64,000 nt of DNA from a virus, in the IMG/VR virus record IMGVR_UViG_3300032032_000001, positions 32,001 through 96,000 of that record; one strand, written 5' to 3'. Made by a program: the position numbers and the translations under genes. Shown piece by piece: positions 10,382-19,782 of the stretch; positions within the stretch are counted from its first letter, which is position 1, and every line of letters begins with the position of its first letter. The notes under the pieces are model-generated. The model worked only from the letters and a program-made list of their open reading frames with translations, was not told the origin of the DNA and made no database searches.

Positions 10382-10803
10382 GATAACTCCTGTATACTAA
10401 ACCTGATACCAACAAAGTCGCTATCAGGGCCGTGGTGCTTTTTTACGAACTCCTCTATAAAGCAGGAGTCATCAATAGCTAAGCACTCAGCAATAACGTC
10501 CTCTAGTACCTTGACCAAGTTAGATACGTCGCGTCGCTTATATCTAGTCTTGGCCTTCTTTGGCCACCCCTTGTTATATAACGAGGGTAGGAAATAGTGG
10601 ATATTTAATCGGTACGGGTGATCCGGATTCAGTGGGCGCTTTTTGAAGCCCACCTGCTTCGCAATTTGAACAGAGGCCTTAGCTTTGAACTGCTTCATTT
10701 TAGATGACGGCCTTGGGCCACGAGTCGTGTAAACGTACATGTCATTCACCGAGGGAGGGAGTATGTCAATCTCCGCCTCAAAAACAATTGGTTCAGTCTT
10801 CAC
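10378..10803 (-). CDS. rusA: RusA-like Holliday junction resolvase
   Basis: LPPSVNDMY and RRDVSNLVKVLEDVI...IDDS (DxxNxxKxxxD...DD). Probable GTG start at 10803. Confidence 0.85.
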   Translation of the reverse strand: MKTEPIVFEAEIDILPPSVNDMYVYTTRGPRPSSKMKQFKAKASVQIAKQVGFKKRPLNPDHPYRLNIHYFLPSLYNKGWPKKAKTRYKRRDVSNLVKVLEDVIAECLAIDDSCFIEEFVKKHHGPDSDFVGIRFSIQELS

Positions 10804-11359
10804 GCCGCACCCGCTTAAAATTACCCGGAAAGGATTTAGATTTTGATGGCTGCGGCCTTGAGAAAACCTCTTGCCTGTCGCCATCCTCCTGGGTTCGGAA
10901 CCACAACTCCCGACCCAGCCGATCCATACTCTTACTTATTTTACGGAGCCTAGCCTCATGCACGTCTACCTGGGCTTTAAAATAAACGTAGTCTCTTTTG
11001 GCACCTAGGCATGATTTTGTGATGAACGCCTTCCGCAGCTCTGAGTTTGTAAGCTTGCTGTCCCTCGCCGTGGCCAAGGTGGCCTCCGCCGCGACAATTT
11101 CTAACCTAGCTTTGCTTATGGTCGCATAACTACTAGCCTTAGCCAGTTGGTCTGATATGTATTCGAAAAACGACAAATAGGAATCATACAGACCCTTGAT
11201 GTCCTCGTTTGGGAGGTACTTCAGGCCTTGTGGGATCCTAGGCTCCTCACCGGGTGGTTCCCGGTCAGGGGAAAATCCGGTAGCCCGTAAGTCGTTCTCT
11301 AACGTAGTTCTTAGCGCCAGGAAGACATCCTCCTCCTGGTCTGGTTTTTTATCCATCAA
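10793..11359 (-). CDS. Helical hypothetical protein, possibly UvsY-like recombination mediator
   Basis: Coiled-coil-like, ends ...DRLGRELWFRT, lies in the recombination cluster. Function inferred from context only. Confidence 0.45.
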   Translation of the reverse strand: MMDKKPDQEEDVFLALRTTLENDLRATGFSPDREPPGEEPRIPQGLKYLPNEDIKGLYDSYLSFFEYISDQLAKASSYATISKARLEIVAAEATLATARDSKLTNSELRKAFITKSCLGAKRDYVYFKAQVDVHEARLRKISKSMDRLGRELWFRTQEDGDRQEVFSRPQPSKSKSFPGNFKRVRRED

Positions 11360-11365
11360 TCCCCC

Positions 11366-12073
11366 TTAGAATTCGGGCTGACACGTGTGTGCGAACTTGC
11401 ATGTACGGCACACCCATTTATTAGGTTCTCTGGGTGGTTCTGTCCCGGCGGTTACATGCGCCTCGACACCCTTTATGACTTCAAGAACCTCCTCCCAGAT
11501 TCGGTTCTCAAACTTAACCTTGAACAGCCGCATAGAGCCAGTTGCACGATTCACATATAAGAGCTGACACCTGGGGATGTTCAGTGCAAACATGTATGCG
11601 TGTATCTGGTAAATATGCTCAGCTTTAGGTTTTGTAAGATTTCTGTAGACGCTTTCGCCGACCGTCTTGATCTCCAAGACCCACTCTTTGTCATAGAAAA
11701 CACCGTCACAGTGCCCAGCTATATGAAGGTCTTCGGAACTGATCGGGACTTCTGACTTGAAGTCTTCGAACTCTTTTTCTAGCTTAGCCTGGATCATGTC
11801 GTGAAGAGCATGTCCCATATCAAAAAGCATCCGAAGATCAGCAGGGATACGGCTCTCAGGCTCCTCCCCAATCCTGTCGTACCAAACAGCACGCTTACAC
11901 GCGCCAGGGTTTAGTGACGACGGGTGGTACACATGGGTTTTTCGGCTCCATGAGTCCTTGTTCATGTCCTCATGGATACGGTCAACCTCATTCATTATAT
12001 TGAAGTCTCTGTCCCACTCCGGCGCTTCCTCTCGAAGACACTTTTCTGGGACCCTAAACTTTTTCTTTGTCAT
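11366..12073 (-). CDS. Cas4/RecB-like PD-(D/E)xK exonuclease
   Basis: HPSS..ACKRAVWY, GHALH, GHCDG, LEIKT, QIHAY and C-terminal CRTC...C (1+3 Cys Fe-S staple). Confidence 0.85.
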   Translation of the reverse strand: MTKKKFRVPEKCLREEAPEWDRDFNIMNEVDRIHEDMNKDSWSRKTHVYHPSSLNPGACKRAVWYDRIGEEPESRIPADLRMLFDMGHALHDMIQAKLEKEFEDFKSEVPISSEDLHIAGHCDGVFYDKEWVLEIKTVGESVYRNLTKPKAEHIYQIHAYMFALNIPRCQLLYVNRATGSMRLFKVKFENRIWEEVLEVIKGVEAHVTAGTEPPREPNKWVCRTCKFAHTCQPEF

Positions 12074-12837
12074 TCTGGTATTCCTTTTGCGAACTCAAGG
12101 AATTTACCGTAACTCATGATGGTGTACTCATTGGTTCCTATTGTAAGCGTGATACGCTGCCCAGTGAGAAGCGCACTTACGTGGTTAAGTGTTATGGTGA
12201 AACTCTTCTTCGGCGGCCTGCCACCAAGACAGGACAGCCCCTCAAATGAGTCCAAAAAGTTATCATCAAGCTCCTGGTGTGGGACGACGGCAACTTCGCC
12301 CCCTTTGTTAAGCTCGATTATGTAGGCTGGTATCTTTCCTTGTGAGTACGCTTGCTTCCTCAGAAACTCTAAGTCTTTCACGCTCACACTCATCTTATTG
12401 CTCTTAGTTGTCTTGGCCTCGACGAGGATACTTGGGGTTATTACATCCCTTCGGTAGCCCCATCTGGATCCGGAGGCGGGCTGTCGCTTACCATCCAGGT
12501 CTTCAGCTATTCTTACTTCTTGTTTTTTGCTGGCCTCATGGTTCGTCAACACGGCTATAGCCTCCTCTATTACTACGTAATATTTATCATTCTCGTAAAT
12601 GTCCTCAGCGCTTTTAGTCCAGTCGATTCTTCCTAGGATCATCCTAGCAAGCTCTAAGAACTTCTCGGGCACATACACCAGCACCGCTAAGCCACTCTCA
12701 ACATGCGTTATGTTGTAGTCCGTATCGAGCCGTGCCGACCCAGGACGCTTATGCATAAAGAGTCCAGGAAGGAACGGTAACGCGTCGATAACGACTAACT
12801 TGCCTTGCGGGCCGGTGCATATACTCAATCTAGCCAT
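12070..12837 (-). CDS. PD-(D/E)xK nuclease, Hjc-like resolvase domain with N-terminal extension
   Basis: KQEVRIAEDLDGKRQPASGS...RDV...LVEAKTT. Confidence 0.7.
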   Translation of the reverse strand: MARLSICTGPQGKLVVIDALPFLPGLFMHKRPGSARLDTDYNITHVESGLAVLVYVPEKFLELARMILGRIDWTKSAEDIYENDKYYVVIEEAIAVLTNHEASKKQEVRIAEDLDGKRQPASGSRWGYRRDVITPSILVEAKTTKSNKMSVSVKDLEFLRKQAYSQGKIPAYIIELNKGGEVAVVPHQELDDNFLDSFEGLSCLGGRPPKKSFTITLNHVSALLTGQRITLTIGTNEYTIMSYGKFLEFAKGIPE

Positions 12838-13882
12838 CGGAAACCCTCTTCAAAACTTCTGCCCTAACTTCAGCAACCAGCTTCGGGGACTTCTTCAGTA
12901 CATCAACGACGCCCTCTAGTCCGCCTTCTATCTTGTCCTCGTAATCCAGGATGTAATAGAAGCGACCCTTGTTAAAGACTACGTTATACGCCTTGGCGCT
13001 ATTAGCAAGATCTGCGACCATATCGACCCCCTCATTAAACATGAAGGTGTACTCGCCCTCAGACCCCTCGCTTATCCCATGCTTGCCTTTGGAGATTTTC
13101 CATTTAATGTCTTTACCTACCTTCTCCTTGCCCTTCTTTATAAAGGCCCCGGGGCGTAGGTGGATATCGACAGCTTTGGCGTGCTTGAGGGCGTAGCCCC
13201 CAGGCTGGGTATACGGATTATACTTCGCTGAGTGTGCGTTCATGTTGGCCCGTACAGGGTTAATCATTACAACGCAGGTACCGTTTGGTGTACCGTCCTC
13301 GCCAGGAACACGCATGGCGCTATAGAATTTGCGACAGAAGTTACTAAGCAGTGACGCCCAAGTCGCTATTTTAGCGTCCTCACCTAGCCCTTTGACCACG
13401 TTGTCCCGAGTCTCCCCGGACCCTAACTCGTTGATAACCAGAAGCTGAAATTTCTGAGACTTTACAATCTCAAGCATAACGTCCAGCATAACCTCTGCGG
13501 GCTTATCTGAATCTTCAGAAGCTAGGTCTACGAATAGGAAATTTCCGGTGCCTGATAGATCAACACCCGCAAGCTCCATGAAAGAAGGGTCAGGTTTGTA
13601 GCCAAATGACATCCAGGCGACATTGGACTCAGCGCCATACTTCTTTTGTACCTCTGCGATAAGTCTGTTGGAAAGGTAGTCTTTACCAACGCCGTCAGGA
13701 CCAAATAACTGGATCATTGACCCAGCAGGAAGCCCACCCTTCAGAGCGATATCAAGTGACAATATCCCCGTTGGGAGTCTCGTATCGAACGGGGTAGCTA
13801 CCTCAGACATTGGCTGTATTACAGCGGCTCCGCCCATTCTTTTTTGTACACTCTTAATAAGTTGGCTTATGTCGTTAGCCAT
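12830..13882 (-). CDS. recA: RecA/UvsX-like recombinase with atypical ATPase motifs
   Basis: PTGILSLDIALKGGLPAG, GPDGVGKD (Walker A), PGGYALKH, KISKGK. Confidence 0.85.
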   Translation of the reverse strand: MANDISQLIKSVQKRMGGAAVIQPMSEVATPFDTRLPTGILSLDIALKGGLPAGSMIQLFGPDGVGKDYLSNRLIAEVQKKYGAESNVAWMSFGYKPDPSFMELAGVDLSGTGNFLFVDLASEDSDKPAEVMLDVMLEIVKSQKFQLLVINELGSGETRDNVVKGLGEDAKIATWASLLSNFCRKFYSAMRVPGEDGTPNGTCVVMINPVRANMNAHSAKYNPYTQPGGYALKHAKAVDIHLRPGAFIKKGKEKVGKDIKWKISKGKHGISEGSEGEYTFMFNEGVDMVADLANSAKAYNVVFNKGRFYYILDYEDKIEGGLEGVVDVLKKSPKLVAEVRAEVLKRVSDG

Positions 13883-14127
13883 TATTCCTCCTCAAGCTCC
13901 TTCTTGATCTTCTTGAATTCATCAGCAAGCTCAGGGCTTACCTCCTCAAGATTCTCGTCGTAGAGCTTAGTCATGTCGTTAAATAGTTTCATTTTGAAAT
14001 CTTTGATCATGCTCGGAGCCTCGCCAGACGCGACCTTTTCCATCGCCTCATCCTCGGACTCACAGAGCTTCATTTTGATTAGGGTAGCAACCACTTGAGT
14101 TGAGTCCCCGTACTTTTCCATAGCCAT
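13882..14127 (-). CDS. Small acidic hypothetical protein
   Basis: 81 aa, 1-nt overlaps with both neighbours, AAGGAG RBS. Confidence 0.7.
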   Translation of the reverse strand: MAMEKYGDSTQVVATLIKMKLCESEDEAMEKVASGEAPSMIKDFKMKLFNDMTKLYDENLEEVSPELADEFKKIKKELEEE

Positions 14128-14621
14128 TACTTATCTCCTTCTGGGTCTAGTCTGATCAGTGAATCGCGCTCTTTACCCATGATTGTTTTAGCATGGTCCG
14201 CTCCGATCACCCCGAGGTTCACGGTGAGGTACGCACCATTAGTTAGTTCGATTATTGCGTTGTCGTCACCTGTGCACAGGAATAGGTTTCCGATAGTGTC
14301 CCCCTCCTCCAAGCAGGTATTTACCGCCCCCGCGATTTCTCGCAAGGCTTCCCTTCGGGCGTCGAAAATATTACTGAGTTCTGTTGCCACGATTCTCTCC
14401 TTCTGGTCTCTTGTTTTTGCTTTTATCAACCACTCCTCCTTGGAAGCCGTTGATCTTGTTGAAAAGCCTCTTGAGTAAATTAACCTAACAGGTCGCCTAC
14501 TCTTTGTATATCTTGCTCCACGTTCGGAGTGGTTATGCTCCCAGACGCGCCTACCCACATCGGTTGTTATGCCGGTGTAGATAGACCCGCCTGAGCACAT
14601 TACGGTGTAGACTGCCCACAC
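14127..14621 (-). CDS. GIY-YIG nuclease (UPF0213/SLX1-like)
   Basis: VY...IYTGITTDVGRRVWEHN...GARYTKSRRPVRLIY...ASKEEWLIK. Confidence 0.9.
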   Translation of the reverse strand: MWAVYTVMCSGGSIYTGITTDVGRRVWEHNHSERGARYTKSRRPVRLIYSRGFSTRSTASKEEWLIKAKTRDQKERIVATELSNIFDARREALREIAGAVNTCLEEGDTIGNLFLCTGDDNAIIELTNGAYLTVNLGVIGADHAKTIMGKERDSLIRLDPEGDK

Positions 14622-14690
14622 TTATCTATAATCCCTAAGGTAGATAAGTATGGACATTCCGGCCACCATTCCAAAAATGAATGACATCAT
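14622..14690 (-). CDS. 22-aa hydrophobic micro-protein
   Basis: MMSFIFGMVAGMSILIYLRDYR. GGAG RBS, fills the gap between neighbours. Below the ORF-track cut-off. Confidence 0.6.
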   Translation of the reverse strand: MMSFIFGMVAGMSILIYLRDYR

Positions 14691-14693
14691 CAA

Positions 14694-15029
14694 TTACTCC
14701 GGTAGAAGTGATAGCTGTTTAGGTTCTGGTGGGATAAGCTCCCATACCGTAGCCCCTCTACCACTTCTTGTAGGCCTTCTGCTACCACTATCCCTAATAT
14801 GGCCAGACAGGACCAGCTCTCTTCGACGAGCACTGGCTGTCTGATGTCTTAGGTCTAGGGCAACTTCAACCTCATCGTCAGTAGCTCCCTGAAGCCCCGC
14901 CTCCTTGATGAAGGTGAGGACCTTAAAGCGCAGTGTGGACGAAGATGGCTTAATTGACTCTGCCGCAGCTTCACTTGTATCTGAACCACTAACGAATGGT
15001 GGATTCCCTCCATAGCTTTCATGGCTCAT
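14694..15029 (-). CDS. Winged-helix DNA-binding protein
   Basis: DTSEAAA...GATDDEVEVALDLRHQTASARRRELV...DSGSRRPTRSGRGATVW, a common phage wHTH pattern. Confidence 0.8.
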   Translation of the reverse strand: MSHESYGGNPPFVSGSDTSEAAAESIKPSSSTLRFKVLTFIKEAGLQGATDDEVEVALDLRHQTASARRRELVLSGHIRDSGSRRPTRSGRGATVWELIPPEPKQLSLLPE

Positions 15030-15220
15030 AAGCCCTCCTCATCCAGTCTGGCCCCTGTAGTGATTTCGTAATGGAGGATCTCCCCAGTAGACAGGCACTC
15101 TACAGAAGCAACTGTTTCTTCAGTCTTGATTCGCTCAACGGTCTCCCGAAGGGCGTGCCAAGGGGATTCAGCAGTAAGCTCATCTTCAATTATTACTCTG
15201 TAATGTCGCTCATCACTCAT
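15026..15220 (-). CDS. Hypothetical protein
   Basis: 64 aa, overlapping start/stop with neighbours. Confidence 0.6.
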   Translation of the reverse strand: MSDERHYRVIIEDELTAESPWHALRETVERIKTEETVASVECLSTGEILHYEITTGARLDEEGL

Positions 15221-15458
15221 CTACCCACTCCGTAGCTTCTTTGAGGGTCATAGGCTGTATAAACAGCGGAGTGCTATCACCAACCCAAGCGCCAAGCGTA
15301 TTGTATTCAAAGAAATCCTCGGCCTCTTCTCTTGTGCCGCCGTCACGCATAAGTATCTCTATGCATTTTTCACGGTCGTATGCAGCGACAGGTACAGAAA
15401 AACCATACCTATGCGCCACACCCACGAAGGCCTCCTCTAATCCGTTAGCCAGCATCAT
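15213..15458 (-). CDS. Conserved hypothetical phage protein
   Basis: ANGLEEAFVG...AYDREKCIEIL...EEAEDFFEYNTLGAWVGDSTPLFI, a pattern common in aquatic phages. ATG at 15458 with AAGGAGG RBS. Confidence 0.75.
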   Translation of the reverse strand: MMLANGLEEAFVGVAHRYGFSVPVAAYDREKCIEILMRDGGTREEAEDFFEYNTLGAWVGDSTPLFIQPMTLKEATEWVDE

Positions 15459-15672
15459 GAGCAGCCTCCTTCGTAACACTCCCACACAGAAAGCATCTGA
15501 TTTCGACGCTTAGTGCTGAGTCGTTAACGTACGAAACGCCTTCACAGAATGCTTGCGCCTCGGCCTTTGATACGGGCCCGAAAATTGAGCCACCACTATT
15601 TACTTCCTCGTAGTCGGAATCGTCTAGATCCCCTACAACAACAACATGGTATAGGTGCGGTATATCCGTCAT
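15445..15672 (-). CDS. Hypothetical protein
   Basis: 75 aa, start overlaps the polymerase stop. Confidence 0.6.
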   Translation of the reverse strand: MTDIPHLYHVVVVGDLDDSDYEEVNSGGSIFGPVSKAEAQAFCEGVSYVNDSALSVEIRCFLCGSVTKEAAHDAG

Positions 15673-17558
15673 TTACACTCCAGCCAGTTCGAGCCGTATT
15701 TGCTCGTGGTTTCGAGCGGTACATCTAAATCAAAGTAAAAAGGGTGCCCCATAAGATATGCGATACGCTCGTTTAGCTCTTTGTCTTCAGACCACTCATT
15801 TGGTATTTCAAATACAATTTCATCATGAACCTGGATGATCATTCGACACCCAGACTTTGTAACTAGCGGGTCTTCCCACAGCTTTACCATCGCCATTTTA
15901 GTGATGTCTGCCGCAGAACCCTGAATAGGTGAGTTCTTCACCTTGCGCTCCGCTTGTGCAACATCACCACCCACCCGGGACCTTAGTCCTGGGACAAGTC
16001 GGCGACGCCCTAAGATCGTGGAGCAAAACCCAACATCTCTTGCGTCACCGATGGCTCTCTTGAAATACTTAGTCACCTTCGGAAAGGCGGAGAAGTACTG
16101 CTTGATAAGCAACCGAGCCTCATCAATATGGCAACCTAAGGTTCCCGCCAAAGCACCGGCACCCTGTCCATACATGAGTCCGAAGTTGATAGCCTTTGCG
16201 CCTTTTCTGTGGCCAAGAAGCTTTTTCTCATATTCGGAGATCTCTTCATCGTTATCGTCTTTCCTGCGAGCCTTGATGATGTCCTCATATGGAACCTTAA
16301 ACATCTTGGCCGCTGTAGACGAGTGAACGTCGAGACCGCTGCGTATGGACTCTGATAGGGTATTGTCTCCGGACAGGTGCGCCAAGATCCTCATCTCTAG
16401 TTGGGCATAATCTGCTGCGAGCAGGGTGTACCCAGAGCTGGGGAGATAGGCTGACCTAATGTACGGTGGCTGGTTTTGTAGGTTAGGATCGCTCGAACTA
16501 AGTCGCCCCGTTCTTGCGCCCGTCTGATTGAACGATGCGTGGATTTTCCCATCGACATGGATCTTTTCAAGGAGGTTAGAGATGTAAGTCCCAAGCTTCT
16601 TATCCAGATCCCTGTACTCCAGGAGCTTCTCTGCGTAGTCACAACCGTCCTTAGCCCACTTACCCAAGACATCTTTATTGAGTTGGGGTTTTCCTTTTTC
16701 CGTGTGAGACAGGGGCCTGCGCCCAAGATCCCCGAAAAAGAACTCACCCATTTGATCATTACTCTTTAGGTTTACATATAAGCGACCAGTAGCCCTCCCA
16801 AACCATTTCTGGATTGACAGGAGTTTGTCCTCGATAATCGGAGCCTGTTCGAGGAGGTCGTCTCTGTTGATGACTACCCCGTGGCGCTCCATCTCCCAGA
16901 GGACTCTGGTGAAAGGAAGCTCCGTTTTCACGTAGTAATCCCACAAGGTGGGGTATTCGTCGTCTGGTATTTCGAGAGTCAGCAACTCTTCCCTGACCTC
17001 AAAGAAAAGCTTATATGTGGCGTATGCATCAAGAGCAGCGTAGTTGCAGACTATGTCCTCGTTCTCAGCGTCAAGGAGAACTTCATGAAGCTTCCTCTTC
17101 CTCAATTGTTTACCGAACACAGCCTTAAACGGAACCATGTCGATGCCGAGGTAGTGTTTAGATAGAAACTTTAAGTCATGAGCGAGGGTGTCATCCACCA
17201 GAGCGTGCATAACCATTGTGTCGTAGACACGGTAATGATTATGTTGTGCGTGGCGGTAGACATCGATCCCTATATTAAGAAGCATCCAACAGTCAAAGTT
17301 GGCGTTATGCATAATAAGTTTTATTTCGGGATCTTCTAATAGGTCTTTGAAGTAAGGAATTACTTCAGGCCAGATGGCCCAACGTTCTTCGCCATCACTG
17401 ATAGCCAGGATGATGGCGCGGTCTTTTTGCCGAGACAGGCCGGTTGTTTCAGTATCAACCGCTAATATTGGTTTAGCGCGTAAGCGCTCCACAACTTCCA
17501 GAGCCTCGTCCGGGTCAGCGACACGCACGGGTTCCGGGAGAACAGAAAACATTCCCAT
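15669..17558 (-). CDS. polA: Family A DNA polymerase with 3'-5' exonuclease
   Basis: Exo motifs DTET, HNANFD, YAALDA. Pol motifs TGRLSS, ADYAQLE, RKGAKAINFGLMYG, QGSAAD, QVHDE. Confidence 0.97.
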   Translation of the reverse strand: MGMFSVLPEPVRVADPDEALEVVERLRAKPILAVDTETTGLSRQKDRAIILAISDGEERWAIWPEVIPYFKDLLEDPEIKLIMHNANFDCWMLLNIGIDVYRHAQHNHYRVYDTMVMHALVDDTLAHDLKFLSKHYLGIDMVPFKAVFGKQLRKRKLHEVLLDAENEDIVCNYAALDAYATYKLFFEVREELLTLEIPDDEYPTLWDYYVKTELPFTRVLWEMERHGVVINRDDLLEQAPIIEDKLLSIQKWFGRATGRLYVNLKSNDQMGEFFFGDLGRRPLSHTEKGKPQLNKDVLGKWAKDGCDYAEKLLEYRDLDKKLGTYISNLLEKIHVDGKIHASFNQTGARTGRLSSSDPNLQNQPPYIRSAYLPSSGYTLLAADYAQLEMRILAHLSGDNTLSESIRSGLDVHSSTAAKMFKVPYEDIIKARRKDDNDEEISEYEKKLLGHRKGAKAINFGLMYGQGAGALAGTLGCHIDEARLLIKQYFSAFPKVTKYFKRAIGDARDVGFCSTILGRRRLVPGLRSRVGGDVAQAERKVKNSPIQGSAADITKMAMVKLWEDPLVTKSGCRMIIQVHDEIVFEIPNEWSEDKELNERIAYLMGHPFYFDLDVPLETTSKYGSNWLECK

Positions 17559-17574
17559 CGTTACCTCCTTGGGG

Positions 17575-17631
17575 AAAAAACAGAACGCAGGAGGGAGGAG
17601 TGCGGTTAAGAAAACCTCCCCCCTGCTTCTG
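17575..17631 (-). terminator. Internal terminator/attenuator between SSB and DNA polymerase
   Basis: Minus strand CAGAAGCAGGGGGGAGG, 16-nt loop, CCTCCCTCCTGCGTTCTG, then T6, immediately before the polA RBS. Confidence 0.7.
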
Positions 17632-17645
17632 CTAGTCTTTAGGGA

Positions 17646-18797
17646 TTAGAACGGGATGGAATCGTCGTCTTCCTCGTCGTGCCCCGCCTCATAGTGCTTG
17701 TCCAGAATGGTTTGAGCAGATCCGTCAAACGGATTGTCTCGCCCCATGGACTTTGCTTGATCATCTAGCTCCTGCATACCCAGGAAGTAATTGAAGTCGA
17801 ATGGGTCAAGATCGCCATCTCTAGCGTCCTCGATAGGTTCAGACTTCATTGCGCTAACGATGTGAAAGGACGTACGTCCCCCGCTGACTTGGTCAGCAGC
17901 AATCACAACATCGCACTCTTCCCACCCAAGCTGGGTTGGGCTATCACAACCTTGTGTGTAGGTTTTTCGACTACCAAAACCTTTCGGCTTAACACACTCA
18001 ATGATGTGGTCAGCCATGCCATGGTACTCGCACTCCTCACACGTAACAGGCGCAGTTCGCAGAGCGTCCTCATCCTCCTCGGAGATTCCTTCCTCGGAAG
18101 TATGTGACGCAAGCTCAGTCCCACAATCACCACACTTATATCCAATCGTGCTGATCTCCCCATCGGAGCAACTGGCACATTTGTTGGACACTTCGCTAAG
18201 CTTTTCGAGAAGCAGGCGCTTCTGTGAGGGCCACAGCTCCCACCAAAGCTTCCTTCCGTAGACGATGTCGTAGTCAGCGTGGGCCGAACTTGGGTGAGAA
18301 ATACGCCCATTTCGGTCCGGTGCCGGTACGCGTTCAAACGTAAAGTATTCGTAACCGTTACTACTCGTGTGTGGGATCTTGTAAAAATCCTCCATCACGA
18401 ACACGGATACAGCACACTTCTCATCTGCCCAGAAGCTCTCGTTTTCATCTTCGGCGCAATAGTAATAGAGGACGCAAGGAACCTCACGTTCACCATTCCA
18501 GCTGTTGCTGATGATTTGGCGCTTTTGCCCCGTAGGCGTTGTCACCCATTTGGCGTAGTACTTGTAGAAAGCACCCTTACTACTTGTTGGGATGATACGG
18601 ATGCGGGTCTCCATCTCATCGGGTTTGAATTTATTGTCCCGCATACGAAGCTTCCATGCCGGTACGCGCTTCTTCTCAAAGTTAGCGCCCCCAGCACCGT
18701 TGCCCTTGAAGGATTTTCCACCCTTCTTGGACAGCATCTTGCTTCGGACTTTGGACTCTTTCTGTTGTGCATGAAATTCATCAAAACTAATTGGCAT
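17646..18797 (-). CDS. Putative single-stranded DNA-binding protein, Cys-rich
   Basis: Acidic tail DEEDDDSIPF typical of SSBs. RIRIIP gp32-like strand. Three CxxC pairs. Lies between primase and polymerase. Confidence 0.7.
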   Translation of the reverse strand: MPISFDEFHAQQKESKVRSKMLSKKGGKSFKGNGAGGANFEKKRVPAWKLRMRDNKFKPDEMETRIRIIPTSSKGAFYKYYAKWVTTPTGQKRQIISNSWNGEREVPCVLYYYCAEDENESFWADEKCAVSVFVMEDFYKIPHTSSNGYEYFTFERVPAPDRNGRISHPSSAHADYDIVYGRKLWWELWPSQKRLLLEKLSEVSNKCASCSDGEISTIGYKCGDCGTELASHTSEEGISEEDEDALRTAPVTCEECEYHGMADHIIECVKPKGFGSRKTYTQGCDSPTQLGWEECDVVIAADQVSGGRTSFHIVSAMKSEPIEDARDGDLDPFDFNYFLGMQELDDQAKSMGRDNPFDGSAQTILDKHYEAGHDEEDDDSIPF

Positions 18798-18816
18798 TTT
18801 TTTCTCCTTTTTTTGG

Positions 18817-19782
18817 TCACGGCCTTAGCGCCGCCTCAACTGCCAGTCTTACTTCTGTCTTTGTTAAATCGTCTGGGGATATGGGTTCATCAGACCTGTA
18901 GTCAGCGACCCTCACCTCAATACCGTATAATTGATTAATAATCTTCTCAGTTGCCTCCCTTCCAGCTGAGTCGTTGTCAAGAAATAGTACAACCCTGTTT
19001 GTCACCCTTTGGAGCAGGAGAACTTGTTCCCTACTCATATGGGATCCTAGCAAGGCAACGGTGTCCGGATAACCGGACTGAACGCACCACAGGCACGCCT
19101 TAAAACCCTCGCATACCACAACTGGCATGTCAATACATGTATACATTCTTCTTGGATAGAACTTGTCTAGTCCGTAAAGAATTTTCTTCTTATCCAACTC
19201 ATAGCTTCGGTTTACTTCATAGAATTCGGAGCGGTATATTTTATACCGTGGGTGGTCTCCCCTAACCGTTCTCCCTGAGATACCAACAAGGTTTCCATTG
19301 TGGTCTCGCAGGGCGAAAGTTATCCGCTTTCGACCTCTATCAAACCCAACGTCGTAGTCCCGTAGGAGGTCAACGTTATACCCGTCCTCCACAAGACTTT
19401 TGGGGAGGTACTCGAACATACCCAACACAGCCTCCGGCAAGGAGGGCTGGTCGAGCTTAACCGTATGTAGGGTTGGTTTTTTCTTTTGCGGGCTCGCCGC
19501 AAGCTCCTGCTTTATCGTGTCTATGAGCTTGTGCCCAACTTTGAGCCTCCGAAGAAGCCCCGTTAGGGTGTAGCCCTCATTACACGTATGACAGAAAGAC
19601 ATACCGGTATGTCTAGAGTGTGTAGACTTACCGACGTAAACATAGAAGGATGGCCGACTCTCTTGCCCAGACTTGTGGAAAGGGCAGTAAGCCGGGATAT
19701 TCTCCCCCGGAGTTTCGGCTTCTATAAACCGAATATGTCCAGATAATACAGCAATGGTTTCTTCCTTGGATAGTCCGATCAT
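18817..19782 (-). CDS. dnaG: DNA primase (Zn finger + TOPRIM)
   Basis: CPFH...CHTC, GISGR, LYGL, VCEG, FLDNDSAG. Confidence 0.9.
   Translation of the reverse strand: MIGLSKEETIAVLSGHIRFIEAETPGENIPAYCPFHKSGQESRPSFYVYVGKSTHSRHTGMSFCHTCNEGYTLTGLLRRLKVGHKLIDTIKQELAASPQKKKPTLHTVKLDQPSLPEAVLGMFEYLPKSLVEDGYNVDLLRDYDVGFDRGRKRITFALRDHNGNLVGISGRTVRGDHPRYKIYRSEFYEVNRSYELDKKKILYGLDKFYPRRMYTCIDMPVVVCEGFKACLWCVQSGYPDTVALLGSHMSREQVLLLQRVTNRVVLFLDNDSAGREATEKIINQLYGIEVRVADYRSDEPISPDDLTKTEVRLAVEAALRP

Noticed and set aside
11366-12073. Cas4-like gene as part of a CRISPR system
   Set aside because: No array or other cas genes seen; solo Cas4-like nucleases are common in phage recombination modules.
14127-14621. 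GIY-YIG as an intron-encoded homing endonuclease
   Set aside because: Short UPF0213-type protein that interrupts no gene; no intron features seen.
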